Shown here: piece after piece, positions 51,129 through 64,000 of the stretch | Numbering within the stretch: position 1 is the stretch's first letter | Layout: every line of letters starts with the position of its first letter | Assembly: GCF_964355755.1 (NCBI RefSeq) | Contig: NC_092671.1 | Coordinates: 25,680,070-25,744,069, forward strand | Direction of reading: 5' to 3' | Origin: Antedon mediterranea | Lineage: Eukaryota > Animalia > Echinodermata | DNA: 64,000 bases | Position numbers and translations under genes: made by a program | Notes under the pieces: generated by a model | Seen by the model: only the letters and a program-made list of their open reading frames with translations | What the model was told of the DNA's origin: nothing | Databases searched by the model: none

Positions 51129-52786
51129 GGGGACAATTTGCCGAATGCCATTTAGCCGACGGACAGTTAGTCGACAGGACATTTCGCCGACAACTATTTC
51201 GTCGACATACAATTGGCCGACAGACACCGGGCCGACAAGACATTTCGCCGACAACTATTTCGTCGACATAGGACATAATGCCGAATTGACATTACGAATT
51301 ATTAACACTTACGTCTATGGAACAAAAATCTGCCACTCAGAAGTAAGGTATAAAAAATGATAGCGGATCATTTTTTCGGGAGTCGTTCATTCGAGGGAGG
51401 CCTTGATATGATATAATACGATAACATAATCACATTAATTTCTCTAGATATAACAAAAATACAACACAAATCCTAAGAAGAGATAAAAGGTTTATTACAT
51501 ATGTCAGTAATTGTTTATATTTATTTGTTATTCTCTTCTTTACATTGACAGTATAGTAACACAGTAACACACACTTTAGGTTGGGTCTATTATTTGGCTA
51601 AATTAATGTCTAGAAAAGATCTTCGAATATTTTTGTAATTATTATTTTATTTCTCTAAAATTGTCTTAATGGACTATCTCACCCCATTTTTAGCCAAGCA
51701 CAAATTTATCTCTGTGGCATGTTCGTTTATCATCGGTTATTTATTCGCCTTCATGAAGCAGTTTCAATTTGCGTTTCCGACACAAATTAATTGAATATAA
51801 ACGTGCGTTAAAGGTTCACATTATTGTGCATTAACCATGCTGATGATTGTATTTTGTATGGATGTTTCTGTTTATTGTATTAGTATGCATTTATAATGTA
51901 CACATTATTATCTAACTTGCTTGTTTAATGGACCCCATTGGAATTAAGCTGTTTCCGCTTTATGGGTCATCCTGGTATTTTTGTTGTGTTTCTTGAGTAC
52001 CGAATAAAACAAACAAACAAACAAAAGACGTCTTATAGATAGTCAGTATTAATAGGCGTTGAAAATGCTGTTAAACAAGGGGTTACTTGAAATTAACATT
52101 ATTTTTTTTTTATTTTGAAACATTTTTTATGATGCCTATATAGAAATGTCTGCTCCCTTTTTAGAGACATTTTAGGTGACGTTTCTTTAGTCCCTCAGTC
52201 CTAGTTTCTCATTATTTATCAAGGGTTCTCTTCAATGATTTAGAATAGCAAATGTAGGTTAAAAACCAAGAGGTCAACGACTATATTATCTTCAAGATAG
52301 ACATACATCAAAAATGGATTATTATTTTTTAATATATTCTACTATAATGTGTTTCACTGAACTGGCGGTTTGAAATTGATAAAATCGATATATACTGTAG
52401 GCCTGATAACAGTTTAACTAAAGGCTAGTTTAACGTACTGTAGGCCTATAAATTGTTGTGTGTGAGTGGATTCGTTATATGAGTGTTTTTCATGCGAATT
52501 GGTATTATAAGGCCTACCAGATTTTTATTTTACTAAAGTGAAACGTGTTCTTTCATGTAACGAGACCGTAATGCAAACTTTTTAAATTCAATTCAAAACT
52601 CGTACATAAAAAAATATCGGCCGTATCCTGTCGTCAAAGTGTCTTATCGGCCAATAGTTTGTTGGTCAAATGTCTGTCGACCAATGTCTGTCGGCTAATT
52701 GTCTGTCGACTAAATTGTCGGTCGGCGTAGTCTGTCGGTCGGTAGTCTGTCGGCGAAATGGCCTTCGGCAAAATGTCCCGTCACCG
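51129..52786. mobile_element. Non-autonomous DNA transposon with TIRs made of 15-bp subrepeats (Mutator/foldback-like)
   Basis: (ACATTTCGCCGACAG)-like arrays at 51129-51290, inverted at 52615-52786. TCCATGG lies on both sides. A LINE tail is inside at ~51840-52025. Confidence 0.75.
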
Positions 52787-53218
52787 TCCATGGATAGACC
52801 TACTAAATCAGTACTAAACACTCAACAATAATTATTAATAGCTGGGCCCTAGTTTGAAAGTTTATTTGGGGTAAGAAAATGAATCTCCCCTCAATTTGGA
52901 CGTTTAAAATGTTTACCATGATAAATATTTGTTCATACATTATGATCAAACGAACAGTACTATATAACATTTTTCAAATGTGCTTCATAACACTTGAATT
53001 TTTGTATAAATCAAATTTGAATAATCCCGCCAATGAATACCCTACTATCCAATCACAAAACAGTCCAATTGTCGCTCCTTCTCTCGACGACTACTACTAC
53101 TGCTGCGCGCTCGACTCGCGAACATCAGGTATATAGTGTAGTAGCAAACAAACATGCAGTAAACACTCAATTTCGAAAACACACGTCGTGCCGCGCCGCG
53201 GGGAGAGAGAAGACGATC

Positions 53219-56200
53219 ATGACAACTATTTACACATGTATTGGTCAGTGTGGTAACCAACTAGGACACCATTTTTTTAATACTGTTAATAACACCAGTG
53301 ATGAACAACATCAAAGGTAAACCATAAACATCATCATTCTATAGTATAATAAATAGAAAGAGAGCGCATACCCTAGACTAGGCCTAGGCTTAGGCTAGCT
53401 AGAAGGGTATTCAGCTAGAATAGGAGACTGGAGGGTGAACAGACGATCGGGGCCATCATATAGAGATGATCAGGCCCATTTTTGTATGTACCTGATCATC
53501 TTAATTAATTAACACTTTGACTGCCAGAGGTTTTTCCAGTTAGAAACTGCCACCGCCAGTGTTTTTAGCAAAATTCGATGTTTTTATTAAAGCTGATTGA
53601 AACTATGTATGTGATCTGATTTATAAATTATATATAATTTAGACTAAAATAAGCATAAAGATGTTGGCTTTACAATGGTACAAGAACTCTGAACGATTTT
53701 CAAATCGCAATATATAAATCGTAATAGTAAAATAAAAGTAACCCACTTTTTTAGTTTTTCGTAGTTTCGCGCAAGAAAGTCGAGATATTCGCGATTTTGT
53801 GCAAGACATCACAATAACACAAAATGCCCGGTGAGATAAACAAACAACCAAAAAGTTACTAACACGGCACATATAGACCTATAAAAACAAGTTATCACTA
53901 TTGAAAAATGTATTCCATTTTATAAATCATAAATCTTACTTCAATGTTTCGCCAAAATCCACATAGTATTAGTAATGACACCAGGCCCAATTAACCAGGC
54001 CAAAAGTTGGTCCGGAACCATTTTATTAGGCCTAGGCCCAGGCTAGCATGTACTACTACTACTAGCCTAGTAAACTGATGATAATATCTATACCATTTCT
54101 AAACAAGTTTTTTGCGTGAAACCTGGTCACTTACAGTGAAACATCAAAACAATTGGGGTATACATACAATAAAAAAATTAAAGACTTCATATTGAATATG
54201 ACTCCATTATTTTTTATTCAGAAAACAAACAAACATGCCAATCCGCAAAAACCTTTGTAATGCTTCGGCGGCGCGACCGATACACAATGCGCCAAGCCAT
54301 CGGTCTACGCGCTACTGTGATGCGCGGTGTATGTTATTTCGACAGTCGTTTGTAACCAGATTAGTTACTTTCAAATAGTAAAATACTGACAGTCTAGACC
54401 GAATATAGTGTCCATATTTATAGAATATACCAACAATTAACCTATCTACCGGATTTCGTAAAAAAACGCGAAACACGAAGATCTTCGTGTTTGTTAGTCA
54501 AGCGTTTACCAAACACGAAGATCTTCGTCAAAGTCAAAGTGTTAAGCCTGGTTTCCTGTCGACGTAAGAACACCACTTTTGTTGCGATTACGTCGATTTG
54601 TTGTAAGAAATTTACAGGAAACTGATTACAATCGAAAATTTATAAAATCGACGCAACTTAAGAAAAAGGGTAACCACAATCGATTTTACAGAAAACCGAT
54701 GACCTAACAATTGTTGCGTAACGGTGTTTTCTTCCGATTTTACAGGAAACCAGGATTTTTTATCTTACGCTTGAATGAACGCCCTTGCGTTACGTTTCTT
54801 GCGTCTCTTAAGCCGATTTACCACTAGACGAATTTGTTCGTGCGAATGGAAAGCCTCATGCTCTGCGCATGCGTATTCGAGTTTCTGTCTGTCATACTCC
54901 CTTCTGCGACGAATTCTAGTTCCTTTATTTTTCGCTGCAGCAAAATTTACTAGTTCGAATTGTTTCTACTTTTTGCGAAGCGAAATATTGCGCAACCAAT
55001 CAGAGCTCAGGAAATGAACTATGACGCTTTCATGAGCACCAACCGAAATGCTCAGCAACCACGCGAGGAACATGAACGTCGCAGCTATTCGCTCATGTAG
55101 TGGAAAGAGAGTAGGCGATTTTTTACTCTTCGAAACGTTGGATTCGCGCGAACAAATTCGCCTAGTGGAAAATCGGCTCTATGAAAGTTGACTTGAAGTC
55201 AACTTTCGCAAGAGACGTAAGCACAATTGTGACAAGCAACCAATGAGCGACAAGAGTTATGATGTAATGTGTTGTATGACCTTTACAGTGAAATAAAGCC
55301 GGACAACAACAACATTTGTATGTACTGTAAATACTACTGTAATTTTAGCCCACGTTACGATGTTGTACATACTTTACAAATGCACAGTAGTTTCAATATA
55401 ATAATGTTCTAATCAGGGAGTTTACAAACTCATATCAAAATATAATACTCTTATTTATGGACAGCATTTTAAAGAAACCGACATTCTTCTGTTCTCCTTG
55501 TCGGTAGAAACGTCGCGGAAATGAACATTTGAAATACAATACAAAGCCCCTTTGTAAGCAATTAATATTATTATGTAACTTGATGAGTTTGACCAGCGCT
55601 GTACCCCACTCATTCATCAACATGCCTTCCAAGGTGGAGCTGGATCTGATGGAGACTGTCCAAAGCTATAGATGTATATATGACAAAAAAAGTCTTACAT
55701 ACAGAAATGGAAAGAGAGAAAAAAAATGCATGGGCGGCAGTCGCCCTGGCAATAAATAAGACCGCAGAATCTGTTCTCTTCTTAGTCGTCTTCTTCGCAA
55801 CATCCTATAGCAGGTTACCATCTTTGCTAGATATATTAATCATCTTTTATGACCAGCCTAGGCCTAGGCTATCTACTGAAAATAATATGTTAGTGTGCTG
55901 CACTGCTGCTGAGTAGCTACAGGTACAATAAAAAAATTCAACATTTCACGCGAAAAATGATAAAACCCGCTCTAAAAAGAAACACCAATCAGAGAAGTTG
56001 CTTCAAATACGTCATAAATCTGACCGACGTAAGAAAAAAATTTTAACTTACGTAACAACACTAAAATCGACATAAGCATACGGCGTTGTGTTTCACAGGC
56101 GAAATTTCAACTTTCGGGAGCAGCATAACCACAGATGTTTCTCTGCGGCCCGACACGATCTTGACTAAGGTCAACGACGTCCATTTTTTCTCAATTTTCG

Positions 56201-59200
56201 TAAGAGAAGTAAGAAACGCATAAAACGCAAGAATTGTTGCAAAATGTCGACAGGAAACCAGGCTTTAGGTGTTGGGCCCTATACTCTTAACATTAGGCCC
56301 GATGCGATAGCCAAGAGTATCATTTGTAAATCCGTCCCATTATAGTTTTTAATGGAGATCTTGGCAAACAATGTTTATGTTTATAATATTAATGGTACGG
56401 TAGTAGCCATGAAAATTTTTAGATCAATTAAAGGTGGCGTAAGCTAACAAAAAAACACCACATTTTGTCATCTGTGTCTACTACTATTGCAATTGTTGGA
56501 ATTGGAAGAGAGAGAAATTGAGTCCCTATTTTAGCCTAAATGAATTATTTGTTTTTTTAAATGTTATTGTTTGGTATAGAAAAAAAATGTTCTCTTAATA
56601 CTAATAGGGTAATCAATCATAATAATAATATTTTATGGTGAACAATAATTATAAATCCAATTCGTTTTTCGTGGACCCAATCGTCTAATTATGCACTAAT
56701 GACCCCCCGGTAGAGGTGCGTCATGAGTGCATCATTTACAAATAATTACTGACGCAGGGGTGGGTAAAAAAACCTGGATAAATAAGAACACGCCAATTGA
56801 CTTATCAAATATCAATGGATACAATATGTACACTTGTAATAGAGAAGGTAGAGTCGGTGGTGGAGTTTATCTATATTTAAAAGAACAAATCAACACCGTA
56901 ACACGTGATGATTTTGTATTTAATGATAACTCCATTGATTTTTTTTTCTAGAAATAATAAACACAAACGGCAAAAATACTATTGTAGGTATGTTGTATCG
57001 ACCACCAAATTCAAACGTCAACTCATTTAACTCTGATCTGGAAGAAATCTTACATAAACTTAATCGCGAAAACAAAAACTGCTATATCTTAGGAGATTTT
57101 AATCAAGACTTATTAAAATATGACATTCAAAAAACAACACAGGAATTCAAAAACATTATTTACTCAACATCTTTTAATCCATTAATTAACTTACCCACCA
57201 GAATAACATCGTCTTCTGCTACAATTTTAGACAATATTATTACAAATGATGATAACATTTCGCATTGTGGAGTAATAGTCACAGACATTACCGATCATCT
57301 ACCCATTTTCATGACAACACACCTGTCATTAAATACTAACACACAAGCTCCAATTACAAAACAAAAAATAATTAATGATACAACATTAAATAACTTACTT
57401 ATTGCTATTTCTAATGAGGATTGGGGTGAACTATATTTATGCACAGATACCAATACATCATATAACCTATTCATTAAAAAACTATCCAATCTCATAGATA
57501 ATAACATACCTAAAAAAGTAATAAGCCAAATGGTACTACAAAGAAAAAACCATGGATCACAACAGGAATTTTGATTTCAATAAAAAAGAAAAATAAACTT
57601 TATAAAGAAAAAAAAAATCGAGTGTTTGGCCAAATGAGGTAATTAACCATAGTAATAAAACTTTGGTATGTGATCTGACGCTTTTAATGACTTCTTCTCC
57701 AACATTGGAAATGAATTAGCAAACAAAATACCAAATTTAAACAATTCTGACTTTAAACAATATATGAAAGAGAGTCAATCCCAATCTATATTTTTCAATC
57801 CTACGAATGAAGAAGAGGTTATTGAAATAGTTAGTCAAATCAAAAATTCAAATTCAGAAGGTGTTGATAACTTAAGTAATCGCATTCTAAAACATCATAT
57901 TGCTGCTGTGGCATCTCCTCTTGTACATATCTTTAACCTCTCTCTTGAGACAGGCATCGTCCCTGATAGTATGAAAGTAGCTAGAGTAGTTCCAATTTTT
58001 AAATCTGGCAATAAAAGTGACGTCAGTAATTATAGGCCAATCTCTATTCTGCCTACCGCTTCAAAAATTCTTGAAAAAAATTGTTCAAATTAGAGTAAAT
58101 AAATATATCACAAAGTTTAACATCCTTAATAATGCACAATATGGTTTCAGAAAAAACAGTTCTACTTTTATGGCCGTTATAGATCTGGTTGAACGAATAA
58201 CCGATGCGCTTGATAAGAAAAAAAATACCATCGGTATATTTATTAATTTGTCAAAAGCGTTTGACACCATCAACCATGATATACTTCTAAAAAAATTGGA
58301 ACACTATGGCATAAGAGGCACGGCACTTAAATGGTTTAGAAACTATATTAGTGGAAGGAAACAATTTACGTCTATTGATAACACAAGTTCGTGTTTGATG
58401 GATATAAATTGCGGTGTACCACAGGGTTCAATTCTGGGGCCTCTACTATTTATTTTGTACATTAACGATGTATTTAATTGCTCAAACTCGTTATCTTTTG
58501 TTTTATTTGCTGACGACACAAACATATCTGCATCTCACGAAAACTTGGATACGCTCATAGATCTAGTTAATGGTGAACTAAAAAATGTTTCGGATTGGTT
58601 CATGTGCAATAAACTATCAATCAACGTTAAAAAAACTAATTACATAATTTTCCGCAATCAGCGAAATCCAAGTAAATTAGAGAATGTAAATATTTATGTC
58701 AACAATAAAAGAATAGATAGAGTTAAATCGACTAAATTCCTTGGGAGTACATATTGATGAATTTCTCACATATAAGAATCACATCAATGTTACAGCTAGG
58801 AAAATATCGCGATATGTTGGCATACTATATAAAGTAAGACATTTTTTACCAACCTACAGTATGCTCTCTGGACAATATACAAATCACTCATTGAACCAGT
58901 ATTAAATTATTGCAACATAATATGGTGTAGTACATTTCCAAGTTATCTAGATGAGTTATTTAAACTCCAGAAAAGGGCATTACGAGCTATAACATGGTCA
59001 AAGTTTAATGATTCAATGACTGAATATTTCTATAAATTTAAACTTCTTAAAATTGCGGATATCAATAGGTACCAAATTGGGCTCTTCATGTATAATGTTA
59101 CTACTAATCAGGACGTGCGTTTTTCATCGCTCTTTATTAAAAATGGTTTTTACCATTATTATAATACAAGATCTAAAGACAAAATGAGACTCAGAAAACG

Positions 59201-62200
59201 TAATCGTACTTCTACTAGTTTTACTGTGTCATGTGTGGGACCCAAATTGTGGAATGACTTGAATTACGAACTACAAAGTACCAAATCAATATATATATTT
59301 AAATCATTGTTTAAAGAACATTTATTATCATTTTACAAATAATTTTAAAATGATACTTGTTGCAGGATTTAGCTTTTTTTATTATTTATGTTTTAGTTTT
59401 TTAGGCTAGTTAGGGACGTAGGGGGACACAATTAATCAAGCTCTTTTGAGTTTTTATGTGTTTCCTTTTCATCTTTTTTTATGTTCTCATATATTGTTGT
59501 ATATTTTCATGATTGATGATGAATAAAGAATATTTGAATATTTGAATATTTGAATAGATGGTACGTCAAATCAATGACCAATGGTGTGTCAATGTCCGTC
59601 ACTTTACCACACAAAATATCATAAAAAACATGGTCCCAATGTGTCAAAATAAGTGCCTCGTGGTCACCTAAAGGTAAATCACATTATTGACGCATGGGTG
59701 CGTCATGGTATTCAAAGGTATGACGCACATTGGACAAATGACGTGCCCTCTCCCGGGGGTCGTATAGTGGGTCATACAATTGACAAGTGCATTTATATTA
59801 GATAGGCCCGAACGTCCACACAGTATAAGTATGACCTTTTAGTAGGCGGATAGTGTGCGAGAAATATGTCTGTAAAATCATCAATTTTTAAAGGATTTAT
59901 TTGGTACTTTTTATGTGATTCTCTTACGTACTAAGGACCGGTGTGGTATTCAAAATAAAGTTAGTTAACAAATTTGGGGTCAAAATACTGTACAACAAGA
60001 CAGGTGTGAAACAGAACTAGCGCCTATTTTATGATATGAAATGTTTATCGTGCAATTATGTAATATTAAAGTGTAATTATTCTTTTAGATCTCCATTTGT
60101 GTGTCAAGATAATAAAATTCGTTCATTGAATATAGATAGTGAAAACAAAGTTTTAAAACGTTTGATCAAGGATTCCAAGAAAAGGTAGGCCTAATTATCA
60201 ATTAATGTATGGCAATATGGAGTAATGGTACAGTTGCCTAGGACGCCAGTTCATTAGACAAGATGCCTCATCCTTCAAATGAGATTTAAATTTGTTAGTC
60301 TTGTGTACATATGGACGATAGAGAAATTTGTACACTATTCAAAGAGTGTCATGGTATGTGCTGCACTGTCTGTCGTTACAATTACCGTACTGACGTGGCT
60401 ATAAGCCCATAATCGACCACCCACGACTTTGACTAATTTTCATGCAAAATGTGGCACTCTGGTATAAGCTCACCCATTACTTCGAAGATCTACAGTAGGT
60501 GCCGTAATACATTATTTTGTATTTGGTAAAGACGAGTATTAATTTTGTGATGGTCGGCCCCACTGGTGACTTCCATACACCGCATAAAACCAAGCTAGTC
60601 CTGTTTTGTTTACCCTTCATCGCAGGCGAATATTGCTGCACACACTACGCTCGAATCACAAGTCGCCAAACGAAAAACCCCTATTTGGTATCGGCTGCCA
60701 TAAACAGGCTTATTAAATTTAAACTTTGGATTTATATACTTAGTTACAGTACAACACCTACCATGATCAGCACACCAACATTTTAACAATGTGATGTTAA
60801 ATAGAGTTTGATAGTTTACTACTACAATTACATTCTCTTAAACTCTTGATCTTTTATTGCTTTAAAAAAAGTTAGTAGTTGATATAATTTGAATTCTTTT
60901 TTATAGCCTGCTAAGGGAAGATAACATTGTATGCGGAAGAAAGGGAAGAGGTGCCAATTGGGCATTTGGTATGTGAACACCACTAGAGTAGAATCTTTTA
61001 ATTTGATTGGATAATGTTATTCTGTATTTAAAATTACATTGTCCAACCAACAGTAAATAAATGGTGAATTTAGCAAAAAGAAAGAGACAAATGTATACTA
61101 CATTGTTTTATTTTGTCATATGGCTTGAATGCACCTTATAGAACCCAGTGCATGTATCAGAAGAGAAGTGATATACTGGTGCATCTCGGTTACTGCCACA
61201 CTATTTGACAGGGAAGGAGCCTAAGGGCAGAAGAAAGTGTGTGCAACACTACAGCTACTACTAGTCAACTGCTTTTTACTGTAGAAATCATATTAATATA
61301 AATACAAACCCATTATCGCATTTTTTATTAATGTGTTCTTTTGTTTCTTTTCTAGGTTACCATGGTTTGAGAAATGATGAGGAGAACTTATTAGATTCTT
61401 GTTTAGATGCCTTTAGAAAAGAGGTTGAGAGATGTGACTGTTACACTGGTACTGTCATGATGCATAGTCTCTGTGGTGGGACTGGTTCTGGTAAAGTTCA
61501 TTCGTTATTAACAGCAGTAACTTTATAATCACTGGTTACTGGTTGTACACTGCAGTACATTAGAACTTCAAGTTTACCCGCCGTTCTGCTTCATTATAAG
61601 GGAGATCTTTTGCGACAGAAGCACAAATAGGTAAATGGAAAAATGTTCCTTGCCCAGAACAAACCTGTCGTTTATGTAATTTAGGGGAAGTTCATTATAT
61701 GAACATGAGAAAACATTTTATTCCAAATTATATATGTTTTAATTTTCTTAATTATAAGTCAAGAAAACCAACAATTAAGGCATTAGCAAATTTTATTGTA
61801 GTACAGTAGCTATAAAGAAATATTTTATTTGGCACACTAAATATATACTCTATAAAAATGAATTTAATTCATTGTGGACTTGTAAGGGCATTGTGGTGTG
61901 CTTCCTCGACAAAGTTTTAGTTTATTCCAGGTCCAGGCGACTATCGAAAAACACAACATTATTCAAACCTGTAGGTTGTGAGAAATCGATCCCTAATGCC
62001 ACATTATATACACAAGAACCAAAATTAAATTAATTAATAACAAATTGTTCCTACTAACACATGGTTTTGTTTATAATTCATTCATATTGTCAGTTGTTAA
62101 CCATTTCAAATATTTAATATGGTTAATGGTTTTAACTTTATAAAAAAAAAAAAATGGCATAAAATAGTATAAAACTTAAGTGTATTAGCTATGATGATCT

Positions 62201-62659
62201 TCTAAAATTGTTGATTGAAATATTGCAATCAAAATTGTTTTATATTGCAGGTTTTGGTTCACACTTGTGTGAAGCTATTCGAGATAACTATCCAATGGCT
62301 TACATCCAGTCAGTGGTAATTGCCCCATTCCAAACTGGGGAAAGTCCTTTACAGAACTACAATGCAACATTATGTATGGCTTGGCTACAAAGGTTTGTTT
62401 ACGTGCGTTTGCATTTTTTATTAACATTGAACAGTTAAAAGAACAGTACAATGTAAATGCCTGGTCTTATATAACACATTTGTTTTTTCAGGTATTCAGA
62501 TAGTATTTTTATGTACCACAATGAAGAGATACTGCATCGTTTGTCTGGACTGAATGTGTCTAAGGTTGTACGAGAGGAGGCAAAGGTCACAATTAAAGAC
62601 ATCAATGAACACATTGCCGAGAGTCTGGCTGGATTGTACAAGCCAGTTTCTTCAGGGAA
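53219..62659 (+). CDS. Delta-like tubulin, most likely zeta-tubulin; 5' six coding exons, gene continues beyond the window
   Basis: Exons 53219-53316, 60089-60184, 60907-60968, 61356-61490, 62251-62392 and 62492-62659; GT-AG and phase-consistent. Motifs IGQCGNQLG, IDSENKV, GRGANWAFGYHG, RKEVERCD, HSLCGGTGSGFGS, GESPLQNYNATLC, DINEHIAESLAG. Confidence 0.9.
53513..54541. mobile_element. piggyBac-type MITE (TTAA TSD)
   Basis: TTAA|CACTTTGACT...AGTCAAAGTG|TTAA. Confidence 0.75.
54545..56264. mobile_element. PIF/Harbinger deletion derivative retaining a MADF-domain remnant
   Basis: TTA|AGCCTGGTTTCCTGTCGAC...GTCGACAGGAAACCAGGCT|TTA. 55622-55765 (+) encodes LMETVQSYRCIYDKKSLTYRN / EKKNAWAAVALAI (frameshifted MADF). 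Confidence 0.85.
54811..55178. mobile_element. Harbinger-type MITE nested in the Harbinger derivative
   Basis: TTA|AGCCGATTTACCACTAGACGAATTTGTTCG...CGAACAAATTCGCCTAGTGGAAAATCGGCT|CTA. Confidence 0.8.
56770..59556 (+). mobile_element. 5'-truncated CR1/L2/Crack-group LINE (APE + RT), frameshifted
   Basis: REGRVGGGV, YRPP, GDFN, LDNI, TDHLP, YRPISILP, LSKAFD, GVPQGSILGPLLF, FADDT. 3' stem-loop, AATAAA and (TTTGAATA)3 tail. Nested in a small element with inverted ends at 56701-56724 / 59738-59761. Confidence 0.92.
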
Positions 62660-62774
62660 GTAAGTATAAGTATACTGTATTTAGAAAAACATCTTTTAAA
62701 ATGTTAAATTAATCAATTGACATATAGTGAACTTTAGTTTGTAAACTTGATGAACAAGTTTGGCAATAAAAGTT

Positions 62775-63148
62775 TCTCATTTACACTAGAACGATACCGA
62801 TGAATGATATATAGATAAACATACATTTTTCTTACATAAAACAAAAGAAATTAAAAAAGTTGTTCTTTTTAGAACTATACAATAACCATTCATTGCGTGT
62901 TTGGTAAAAATAATATTTTTTAAAATTCTATAAAATGACATCATGATCCATAAGAACAATAAAATCATTCTATCATCACGATATTATTGCTCTTACTAAT
63001 AATGACATCATTTGATTGGATGGCAGCACAGATGGTTATTCTATAGTTCTAGGATGAACAATGTTTAGATTTCTTTTGTTTTTTGTAGGAAAAATGCATG
63101 TTTATCTATTTATCATCGATCGCTATCGTCCTAGTGTAAATGGGCTTT
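62775..63148. mobile_element. Harbinger-type MITE with ~75-bp imperfect TIRs
   Basis: catttacactagaacgata...atagataaacat...acaaaagaaat vs atttcttttgt...atgtttatctat...tatcgtcctagtgtaaatgggct|tta. Confidence 0.7.
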
Positions 63149-64000
63149 AAACCAGTAAACTACAGAAAACTAGTTTGTAGAAGTTATGCCATGCACTACT
63201 TGACAAACATGTAAAGTAGTGTATATGATCAATGTACAGCTTTTCAAACTTAATTGCACAATTAAAATTGCTTTTCAATTTCATAAACTCTTCATGGCTC
63301 ATGCCAACAGTACATCAATACTGCCCTCTAATGTCTGACTTTCACAATGTTAACCCACTTTGTGGTTAACCTGTGTTATTTAAGTATAGTATGTGATTTA
63401 TTGATGAGTTTAATCTGTGCAGACTACATCAGTTAATTACTCAACTCACTGATTTTGTAAGATAATCAAAATCTATGTTAAATTTCCATGGGAATGAGGC
63501 TGTATGTAACAGAGTGTATAGTGATCAATAATAGTGCGTTCAATTATTGCCAGCAATACCCTATTTAGAGTTTATTGTAATTCGCAATTCAGTTGACCCT
63601 TTTAGACACAGTGGACAGTCAGTTTCTTGCCTGGTTACAATTGATTGAAAATAGCAAAAAGCAACAATCATGACAAATTCCTCTAGATATGTAATTATTT
63701 TGTGAAAATATATGCTTGTATATAAAGTACTTGGTAATTTACCAATCCCAAGATGGTTTTGAAGCCTTTCCAGTACCAATCTGGTCATTTTGATACCCAA
63801 TGTTTATATGTACGTGCAATAGCAGAATACAAACAAACAAAAACATACATACACTATTATAATAAAGATATTGCATGCCAAATTGGACACATGACCTTTA
63901 GAGGAAAAGCATGTTATTGAAAAGGTTAACATCTAATCCATCATGAAATACTGAAGCGATATATCAATGCAGAATGTTAATGTTGTACATTTCAAAATGA

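Noticed and set aside
51129-51290. CRISPR-like or coding repeats (ORFs 51036-51360)
   Set aside because: These 15-bp subrepeats have an inverted partner at 52615-52786, so they are transposon TIRs. The ORFs are incidental.

Overview
AT-rich eukaryotic (animal) genomic DNA, probably a marine invertebrate deuterostome such as an echinoderm. This is inferred from GT-AG introns, a Deu-domain SINE, a 2A/PHD LINE and frequent TAGGCCTA motifs. There are no prokaryotic features. Three spliced genes were reconstructed by hand with consistent intron phases: (1) an NXPE-family SGNH/PC-esterase gene on + (16455-21919, ~554 aa, with a candidate 9-nt microexon); (2) a complete but divergent CLN3/battenin gene on - (38690-27690, 12 coding exons, ~463 aa); (3) the 5' part of a delta-like tubulin on + (53219 onward), most likely zeta-tubulin. 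The rest is mostly decayed and often nested transposable elements: several LINE clades, MITEs (Kolobok, piggyBac, Harbinger, P and Mutator types), DINE-1/Helentron-like elements, SINEs and tRNA pseudogenes. The most unusual signals are a set of 20-36 bp CA...TG palindromic insertions with 7-bp target-site duplications (minimal P-like elements), a perfect 273-bp-arm palindrome holding two divergent tRNA-like Pol III units, and a Mutator-like element carrying tRNA-Val copies whose right TIR is split by a full-length LINE with a 2A StopGo peptide. All coordinates were read by eye and no database searches were run.
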